A stretch of DNA of 64,000 bases. Origin: a bacterium. GTDB lineage: Bacteria; Auribacterota; Erginobacteria; Erginobacterales; DAOSXE01. Of this stretch, positions 58,031 to 64,000 are shown piece after piece. Where the stretch lies: NCBI GenBank assembly GCA_035380285.1, contig DAOSXE010000015.1:1927-65926 (forward strand), read 5' to 3'. The position numbers and the translations under genes were made by a program. Position 1 is the stretch's first letter; the number at the start of each line of letters is the position of its first letter. Below the pieces are notes generated by a model. The model was given only the letters and a program-made list of their open reading frames with translations. It did not search any database and had not been told where the DNA came from.

Positions 58031-58303
58031 TTACTTTTTCTTGGCAGACTTTTTGGCGGCTTTCTTCGGAGCCGCTTTCTTGGCCACTGCCTTCTTGGGG
58101 GCGGCCTTCTTGGCGACGGCCTTCTTCGGGGCCGCTTTCTTGGCCACGGCCTTCTTGGGGGCGGCCTTCTTCACCGCGGCTTTCTTCGGGGCCGCTTTCT
58201 TGGCCGCGGCCTTCTTCGGCGCCGCTTTCTTGGCGGCGGCCTTCTTCGGCGCCGCTTTCTTGGCGGCGGCCTTCTTCGGGGCGGCTTTCTTCTGGGCGGG
58301 CAT
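58031..58303 (-). CDS. Histone H1-like repetitive (KKAAPKKAAA) nucleoid-associated protein
   Basis: Start at MPAQKK, with an AAGGAGG RBS 6 nt upstream. 90 aa, almost entirely 10-aa KKAAPKKAA(A/V) repeats. Confidence 0.75.
   Translation of the reverse strand: MPAQKKAAPKKAAAKKAAPKKAAAKKAAPKKAAAKKAAPKKAAVKKAAPKKAVAKKAAPKKAVAKKAAPKKAVAKKAAPKKAAKKSAKKK
58052..58291 (-). repeat. Coding 30-bp tandem repeat array (about 8 units)
   Basis: Repeating GCCGCTTTCTTGGCNNCGGCCTTCTTCGGN on the plus strand. Confidence 0.75.
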
Positions 58304-58675
58304 CGTCTGCCTCCTTGGTGTTGCCATGGCTGCCGAAACCCTCACCCGGACAGCGACAGCCGCTCCGCCCGGGCGGGCCGGCCGGACACGAAAACCGGCC
58401 GGACCCTACTATTCTCTTTCTTGGCGCCAAGTTTTATTCCTTCCCCGCATGTTGTCAACATTGATTTCGCATCGATTTTTTAAAAGCGGCGGCCGGGGCG
58501 CGAACCCGGGCGCGCGACGACGACCGGGCGCGGGGGCGGAGCGGGGAGCGGACTCGGACGGCGAACGGCGGGGGCGGCGGGGCGGGGCCGACTTTTTCTC
58601 GACAACAACGCGCCGGCTGGTAAAAGATATCTCTTGGAAAACGAACCGAGAAAATCCCATCGGGAAACATCGAGG

Positions 58676-59056
58676 ATGAAAATCACCGCCATCGTCGCCC
58701 GCGGACGCGACGCCGGGACCAGGTTCGAGGAGGTCGAACTCGAAGAACACGAAATCGACGAGGGACCGGGCTCGCCGGTTTTGAGCGCCACCGAGCGCCT
58801 CCCGGCCGGGCGCGCCACCTTCATGAACATCCCCCGGGGGTGGCGCTGGGATTGGCACTCCTCTCCTACCCGGGATTTCGTCTACGTGGTCGAGGGGCAG
58901 GTCACCGTCACCGTGGGAACGCGAGGAGCCGAGGAGAGCCGATCTTTCGGACCCGGAGAACTGTTCTGTTTCGACGACCCCGTGGGGCGGGGCCATCGGA
59001 CGACGGTGGACCGGGCCAGCCGCCTGGTGCACATCCAGGGACTGAAGGATTCCTGA
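58676..59056 (+). CDS. Cupin-like small protein
   Basis: 126 aa from MKITAIV. WHSSPTRDFVYVVEGQVTVTVG...GPGELFCFDD resembles a cupin beta-barrel. Confidence 0.45.
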   Translation: MKITAIVARGRDAGTRFEEVELEEHEIDEGPGSPVLSATERLPAGRATFMNIPRGWRWDWHSSPTRDFVYVVEGQVTVTVGTRGAEESRSFGPGELFCFDDPVGRGHRTTVDRASRLVHIQGLKDS

Positions 59057-59161
59057 GGCGGCGGGGGGGCCCGGCGCGGCTTTGCCGCTTGAGCGCGCGG
59101 CCGGAAAGCCGTAGTATCGGAGCCGGGGGCCGAAACCAGAGCCGCATCCGGAGAATAAAAA

Positions 59162-59872
59162 ATGTACGACTTTCTCTTGCCCGATCACTGGGTCTTGATC
59201 CTCCGCATCCTGGCGGCGGCCGTCCTGGGTGGAGCCGTCGGTTTCGAACGCGAACTGCACGGGCGCGCCGCCGGGCTCCGAACTCATCTCCTGGTCAGTA
59301 CCGGCGCCGCCGCCTTCACGATCCTCTCCACCCACGTCGCCGAATTCGGAGTGGCGTGGGGAGGCGGGTTCAGCAGGGTCACCGATCCGGGCCGGATCGC
59401 CGCCCAGATCGTTACCGGCATCGGATTCCTCGGAGCCGGAGCCATCATCAAGGAGGGGTTCACGGTCCGGGGTCTGACCACCGCCGCCTGCCTGTGGGTG
59501 GCGGCCGCGATCGGCATGGCCAGCGGGGCCGGTTTCCTTCTCATCGCCGCGGCGGTGACGGCCATCTCCCTGGGCGCCCTGATCGGGCTGAATTATTTCG
59601 AAAAACTCCACCACCGGGACATCTACCGCGACCTGACCGTCGTTCTCCCCAACGACGCCGACGTCACCGGTCTCATCAACCTGGTGAAGAGAAAGCAGAT
59701 CAGGATCCTGTTTTTCGATTTCACCCGCGACTACCTGACCCACACCACCACCGCCCAGATGTCGCTCAAGCTTTCCCACCGGGGCCAGGCGGAGCAGTTG
59801 TCCCACGACATCATCATCTCCCTGGAAACGAGCGGCATCCCCCTGAAATCGATCACGTGGTCGCATCCGTAA
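59162..59872 (+). CDS. mgtC: MgtC/SapB-family membrane protein
   Basis: ILRILAAAVLGGAVGFERELHGRAAGLRTHLLV is the MgtC N-terminal signature. There are 4-5 TM segments and a soluble C-terminal domain. Confidence 0.8.
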   Translation: MYDFLLPDHWVLILRILAAAVLGGAVGFERELHGRAAGLRTHLLVSTGAAAFTILSTHVAEFGVAWGGGFSRVTDPGRIAAQIVTGIGFLGAGAIIKEGFTVRGLTTAACLWVAAAIGMASGAGFLLIAAAVTAISLGALIGLNYFEKLHHRDIYRDLTVVLPNDADVTGLINLVKRKQIRILFFDFTRDYLTHTTTAQMSLKLSHRGQAEQLSHDIIISLETSGIPLKSITWSHP

Positions 59873-59978
59873 CCTCCCCCGCCGGGAAGACGGGAGGGAG
59901 GAGGCGAAGCGCGGACGAAGGTTCCGAAGGCCGGTCGCGGCCGGGTTCCGGAGCCGAAAGAAATTGCAAGGAGCGGTT

Positions 59979-60248
59979 ATGAAACACGAGGAGCTCAACC
60001 GGCGCCTGGAAGACCTGCACCGGGAACTGGCGGGCAGCGCGGAGCTGGACGAAGAGACCCGAAAGAACGTGCAGACCCTGATGGGCGACATATCCCGGCT
60101 CATGGACGGGAACGCCCGAAACGACGGCGGCGGGGGGTCCCCGATAGAAGCCGTCGAATCCCAGATCCGGGCGCTGGAGGTGCAACACCCGAAGCTGGCG
60201 GCCGCCCTGGGGCGCATCGTGGACATGCTCAGCGGCATGGGCATCTAA
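59979..60248 (+). CDS. DUF4404-family protein
   Basis: MKHEELNRRLEDLHRELAG...DEETRKNVQTLMGDISRLM...HPKLAAALGRIVDMLSGMGI fits the DUF4404 pattern as I recall it. Confidence 0.55.
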   Translation: MKHEELNRRLEDLHRELAGSAELDEETRKNVQTLMGDISRLMDGNARNDGGGGSPIEAVESQIRALEVQHPKLAAALGRIVDMLSGMGI

Positions 60249-60254
60249 ACCCTT

Positions 60255-61034
60255 ATGCGCGGCCCCATGCTCGTCGCCCACCGGGGGGCCTCGGCCGCGG
60301 CCCCCGAAAACACCCTGGCCGCGGTGCGGGCGGCCTGGGAGGCGGGGGCCGACGCCGTTGAAGGCGATTTCCGCCTGACGCGGGACGGGGTCGTCGTCTG
60401 CATCCACGACGCCACCACCGCCCGCACCGCCGACATCGATCTGACCGTGGCCGCGGCGCCCCTGGCCCGGCTGCGGGAAGCGGACGTCGGCAGCGGCAAG
60501 GGACGGCGCTGGGCCGGAGAACGCATCCCCACCATCGACGAAGTCCTGGACGCCGTGCCCGCGGACAAGACCATCCTGATCGAGATCAAGGACGGCCCCG
60601 GTCTCGTCGTCCCCGTCGCCCGCGCCCTCAAGCGGGCGCTCCTGCCCCCCGAGCGCGCCGTGATCATCGCATTCGATCCCGCCGTGATCCGCCGGGCCCG
60701 GGAGGTCATGCCCGCGACGCGGCGCTACTGGCTGACCGGCCCCGAGGGATGCCGGACGGCGGAGGCGCTGGCCGGGTTCCTGGAGAAGATCGGCGCCGAC
60801 GGAGCCGGGTGCCGTGTTCACCGGGGAATCGACCGGCGGTTCGCGGCGGCGCTGCGGAAAAGAGGCAAGGAGCTGAACGTCTGGACCGTCGACCGGGCCG
60901 ACGCCGCCCGGCGGCTGGCCGCGGCCGGGGTCGATTCCATCTCCACCAACCGCCCGGGCCCGATCGGAGAGGCCCTGGAAGCGGCCGGCCTGCGAAAGGC
61001 GCGCCCCGGGGGCCCCGGAGACTCAGGAGGCTGA
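60255..61034 (+). CDS. Glycerophosphodiester phosphodiesterase family protein
   Basis: VAHRGASAAAPENTLAA...AVEGDFRLTRDGVVVCIHD (the HRG/ENT/E-D/HD pattern of GDPD). Confidence 0.8.
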   Translation: MRGPMLVAHRGASAAAPENTLAAVRAAWEAGADAVEGDFRLTRDGVVVCIHDATTARTADIDLTVAAAPLARLREADVGSGKGRRWAGERIPTIDEVLDAVPADKTILIEIKDGPGLVVPVARALKRALLPPERAVIIAFDPAVIRRAREVMPATRRYWLTGPEGCRTAEALAGFLEKIGADGAGCRVHRGIDRRFAAALRKRGKELNVWTVDRADAARRLAAAGVDSISTNRPGPIGEALEAAGLRKARPGGPGDSGG

Positions 61035-62039
61035 AATCGACCCGGCCCGGGGCGGTGGGGTCGCCGCCGCGGCGCGGTAGAGGGAGACCACGGCCCCGAT
61101 CACCCGGCGGCTCTCCGACAAGGGGTAGCGGGGGGGAGCGTCGTCCAGGATCGATTCCTCCATCGCCTCCACTTCGCAGAGATACGGATCGACCTCCTCG
61201 GTTTCGATGATCTCCTCGCGGTCGTCGGGGAAGACCCGGATGATCCCGCTGGTTTTCCCGTCGAGGTTGGGCTGGAAGGGGTTGGGGAGGATCAGGCGCC
61301 CTCCCTCCCCCACCACCTCGGCCCCGACCCGGTAGGGGAGGCAAAACCCGCAGTCGAACTGGACCAGGGTCCCCGAAGCCATCAGGAACTGGCCGGCGAA
61401 GAGGCAATCGACCCCCGCGGCGTTGTGCTTCATGGCGCCCGCGAATTCCACGACACGGGAGGCGTCCAGGCCCAAAGCCAGAGAGACGGGGTAGACGCCC
61501 ACGTCCCAGAGACACCCGCCCCCCAGTTCGGGGCACAGCCGGATATTCCCGGAGTCCTCGGACAGGGTGAAGGAATAATGGGCGCGGATCAGGCGCAACC
61601 TCCCCACGGCGCCGTCCTCGACCAGTTCGCGAAGGGAGAGAAACTGGGGGTGCATGCGGTACGCCATCCCCTCCATCAAAACCCGGCCGGCGGCGCGGGC
61701 GGCCGTTTCCAGTTCCCGGAGCCGGGCCGGGTCGAGGACCAGGGGTTTTTCGCAGAGAACGTGCTTGCCCGCCGTCAGGGCCCGGAGGGTCCATTCGTAG
61801 TGCAGGCTGTTGGGAAGCGGGATGTAGACGGCGTCGATCCCGTCGGATTCGATCAGCTCCCGGTAGGAGCCCGCCACCCGGGGGATGTTCCAGAAGGAGG
61901 CGAACTCCTCGGCCCGGGATCGATCCCTCCCCGCCACCGTCACCAGCTCGGAACGCTCCGAAGTCGCGAGCGCCGGAATCAACCGGCGGTTGACCCGGGC
62001 CGTGGAAACGATCCCCCAACGCACCTTGTCGCCGTTCAT
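61023..62039 (-). CDS. Gfo/Idh/MocA-family NAD(P)-dependent oxidoreductase
   Basis: VRWGIVSTARVNRR..., CEKPL, and a C-terminal alpha/beta domain typical of the family. Confidence 0.8.
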   Translation of the reverse strand: MNGDKVRWGIVSTARVNRRLIPALATSERSELVTVAGRDRSRAEEFASFWNIPRVAGSYRELIESDGIDAVYIPLPNSLHYEWTLRALTAGKHVLCEKPLVLDPARLRELETAARAAGRVLMEGMAYRMHPQFLSLRELVEDGAVGRLRLIRAHYSFTLSEDSGNIRLCPELGGGCLWDVGVYPVSLALGLDASRVVEFAGAMKHNAAGVDCLFAGQFLMASGTLVQFDCGFCLPYRVGAEVVGEGGRLILPNPFQPNLDGKTSGIIRVFPDDREEIIETEEVDPYLCEVEAMEESILDDAPPRYPLSESRRVIGAVVSLYRAAAATPPPRAGSISAS

Positions 62040-63232
62040 GCCCGCACCTCCCTTGACTCTCCCGCGGAAATAAGCAGGCGCACTCCCTCCCGCGCGATTT
62101 CCAGTTCTTCATCGTTGGGAACGACCAGGATCCGGATCCGGGAAACGGAAGCGGCGACGTCGGCGCACCGGCTTCCGTCGGCCCGGCGGTTCAACTCCGG
62201 ATCGAGCCGCACCCCCGCGAACTCCAGCCCCCGGCAGGCTTCTTCCCTGACCGCCGGGAGCGTCAAACCGACCTCGTCGGTGAAGATCAAGGCGTCCGCG
62301 CCGCCGAGCAGGGCCAGGTAACCTCCTATATAGAGCCGGAGACGGTGGAAGTAGGCGGCGACGGCCAGAGCGGCGTCGGGAAGGCGACGGCGGCCGAGCA
62401 GGTCGCCGAGATCGCCGGAATCCCCGGAGAGCCCCAGCAGCCCGGACTCCCGGTTCAAGATCCGGGACACCCGGCCGGGCGACAATCCGGATCGGACCAG
62501 GGCCAGGACCGCCTCCGGGTCGATATCCCCGCTGCGGGTGGCCATCACCAGCCCCTGGAGCGGGGAGAATCCCATGGAAGTGTCGAGCGGACGGCCGGCG
62601 GCGATCGCCGCCGCGCTGGACCCGCCCGTCCCCAGGTGGCAGGCGACCAGGCGCAGCTCGTCTTCCCGTCTCTGCAGGAAACGGGCGGCGGCGGCGACCA
62701 CCGACCGATAGGACAAGCCGTGGAAGCCGAACTTGCGCAAACCGCAGCGGCGGGCGAGATCGCGGGGCACGGCGTAGACCGCGGCCTGGGGCGGCAGCCC
62801 GGCGTGGAAGGAGGTGTCGAAACAGGCGTACTGGGGAAGACCGGGGTAGCGGTCCCGCGCGGCTTCGATCACCGCCAGCGAGAGGGGGTTGTGGAGGGGG
62901 GCCAGGGACAGGCCTTCCCGCAGCCGTTCCAGGGTTTCGGGTCCGATGAGGGCCGGAGCCGGAAAGGCCGTTCCGCCGTGGACGACACGGTGCCCGACCG
63001 CGTCCGGTTCCAGCCCCCGGGACCGCAGCTCCCGGAATACCTCCCCGGCCGCGGACCGGTGGCCGCGGCTATCGGCATCCGCAGGGAGAGACCGGCCCCG
63101 GTCGCCTTTTGCGGAAGGGCCGATCCCTCCGACCCGGCCGGAAGCGGAAGCCACGGGGTCCCCCTCCCCCCGGGTTTCGAAGAGTTTCCAGGAGAGGGAC
63201 GAGGAGCCGCAGTTGAGAACCAGGATATCCAT
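62036..63232 (-). CDS. ackA: Acetate kinase
   Basis: Start at MDILVLNCGSSSLSWKLF (63232). Motifs HRVVHGG, FDTSFH, FGFHGLSY, HLGTGGSS. I rejected the 117-aa N-terminal extension of the track ORF. Confidence 0.8.
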   Translation of the reverse strand: MDILVLNCGSSSLSWKLFETRGEGDPVASASGRVGGIGPSAKGDRGRSLPADADSRGHRSAAGEVFRELRSRGLEPDAVGHRVVHGGTAFPAPALIGPETLERLREGLSLAPLHNPLSLAVIEAARDRYPGLPQYACFDTSFHAGLPPQAAVYAVPRDLARRCGLRKFGFHGLSYRSVVAAAARFLQRREDELRLVACHLGTGGSSAAAIAAGRPLDTSMGFSPLQGLVMATRSGDIDPEAVLALVRSGLSPGRVSRILNRESGLLGLSGDSGDLGDLLGRRRLPDAALAVAAYFHRLRLYIGGYLALLGGADALIFTDEVGLTLPAVREEACRGLEFAGVRLDPELNRRADGSRCADVAASVSRIRILVVPNDEELEIAREGVRLLISAGESREVRA

Positions 63233-63458
63233 AGCCGAACCGGGGCAAGCATATCCTTTCCGCCCCCGGGGGAGAACCTTTTTCAGGTGGTGTCTCCCCC
63301 CCCCGCCGGACCGGGAAAAGCGAATTTTATTGCGGGACGAATCCGGTCCATTATAATCACAAAAAAATCCGTTAAACCATTTCCGAAACGGCGGGGAGGA
63401 TCTCCTGTCCTCCCGGTCCCCCCCTTCCTCGGCGAAGCGCAGGGGGAAAGGATCGATA

Positions 63459-64000
63459 ATGAATTCATTGCTGCGAAACTGCGGGATCGTATTGTTCTCT
63501 TTAACCGCGGCCGCGGGGACGGCCCGGGCCCTGGAGGTCGAGTTGACCGGGGCGGAAACGGTCAGCCGCTGCGAGGCCGACACCTACTACATCTCCGTCG
63601 GGAACCCCGCCTGGACCGCCCACACCGCGGAGAACATCGTCCTGGTCGACACGGTCCCCCCCGACGGATTCGTCTTCCAGAACGATTCCGCCTCCATCAC
63701 CACCCCCCAGGGCTCCCTGTCCGGAAGCGGGGCCAACCCGGGGATTTCCGGGAGTGACCTGACCTGGGACCTGAACGCCCTTTTCGGATCCAGCATCACC
63801 CTGGCGCCCGGCGACACCCTGGATATCGAGTTCGCCCTGGAGATCGACTGCGACGGCAACAGCGGCCAGAACGACCTGACGGTCAGCTACGACTTCCCGT
63901 TCCCCGTGCCCCAGTCCGATACCGAGGCTCTCTTCATCACGGTGATGCCCGGGGACATCAACCTCCTCAAGACCCCGGTGACCCAGGAGGCCGGGATGGG
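63459..64000 (+). CDS. Secreted DUF11-like repeat-domain protein, N-terminal part (3' end beyond window)
   Basis: I translated the frame from the ATG at 63459 and it is open to the window end. Signal peptide MNSLLRNCGIVLFSLTAAAGTARA. The YYISVGNP...NIVLVDTVPPGF...L.PGDTL.IEF pattern is DUF11-like. It is absent from the ORF track because no stop is reached. Confidence 0.6.
   Translation, partial: MNSLLRNCGIVLFSLTAAAGTARALEVELTGAETVSRCEADTYYISVGNPAWTAHTAENIVLVDTVPPDGFVFQNDSASITTPQGSLSGSGANPGISGSDLTWDLNALFGSSITLAPGDTLDIEFALEIDCDGNSGQNDLTVSYDFPFPVPQSDTEALFITVMPGDINLLKTPVTQEAGM

Noticed and set aside
57621-58291. Regularly spaced short DNA repeats that could be mistaken for a CRISPR array.
   Set aside because: The repeats are contiguous tandem units (30 and 45 bp) with no unique spacers. 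They lie in frame within two ORFs encoding Lys/Ala-rich repeats. No cas genes are present in the window.
58409-60244. 611-aa minus-strand ORF covering the cupin, mgtC and DUF4404 genes.
   Set aside because: It is antisense to three plus-strand genes with recognisable signatures (especially MgtC) and has a low-complexity composition.
63233-63583. 117-aa N-terminal extension of the acetate kinase ORF (the track ORF starts at 63583).
   Set aside because: Acetate kinases begin at the ILVLNCGSSS motif. The extension is Arg/Ser/Pro-rich, unlike the rest of the protein. The ATG at 63232 gives the canonical N-terminus.

Overview
This is a high-GC bacterial chromosome segment, roughly two-thirds G+C by eye (not computed), and the high GC produces many long spurious antisense ORFs. 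I could not assign a taxon.

**Backbone genes I can support**
- Housekeeping: def, thiD, lpxH-like, fusA, maf, ackA, tRNA-Ala(GGC).
- Several large secreted repeat proteins.
- A MEMO/AMMECR1 fusion and a HAMP-SpoIIE phosphatase sensor.
- A GT2 plus polytopic-membrane-protein cluster.
- Two lysine/alanine-rich histone-H1-like genes.
- A ~19.9 kb run of 15 same-strand genes: ECF sigma, anti-sigma, a complete type II secretion set (gspC to gspM), a 1930-aa secreted multidomain protein and a 215-aa repeat protein.

**Main finding: a ~10.5 kb low-GC insertion (11089-21572)**
- It sits between fusA and tRNA-Ala and is bracketed by a 174-bp direct repeat (10915-11088 and 21573-21746) that I read as identical.
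- I recognise no integrase in it.
- It carries one tightly packed minus-strand gene train. An RHH regulator gene, interrupted by an in-frame TAA, leads it.
- The next four genes are a GNAT-HAD fusion, a flavin reductase, a divergent RuBisCO-like protein and a phosphopentomutase-like enzyme. The RuBisCO-like protein lacks the carbamylated lysine and has a ~240-aa C-terminal extension.
- The last five genes are a small HNH nuclease, Vsr, a C5-cytosine methyltransferase, a MORC-like GHKL ATPase and an uncharacterised 342-aa protein.
- I consider this fusion of a restriction-modification-like module with a pentose-phosphate enzyme module the best candidate for an undescribed defence or DNA-modification system in the window.

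All functional calls come from reading motifs in the supplied translations. No database search was run.
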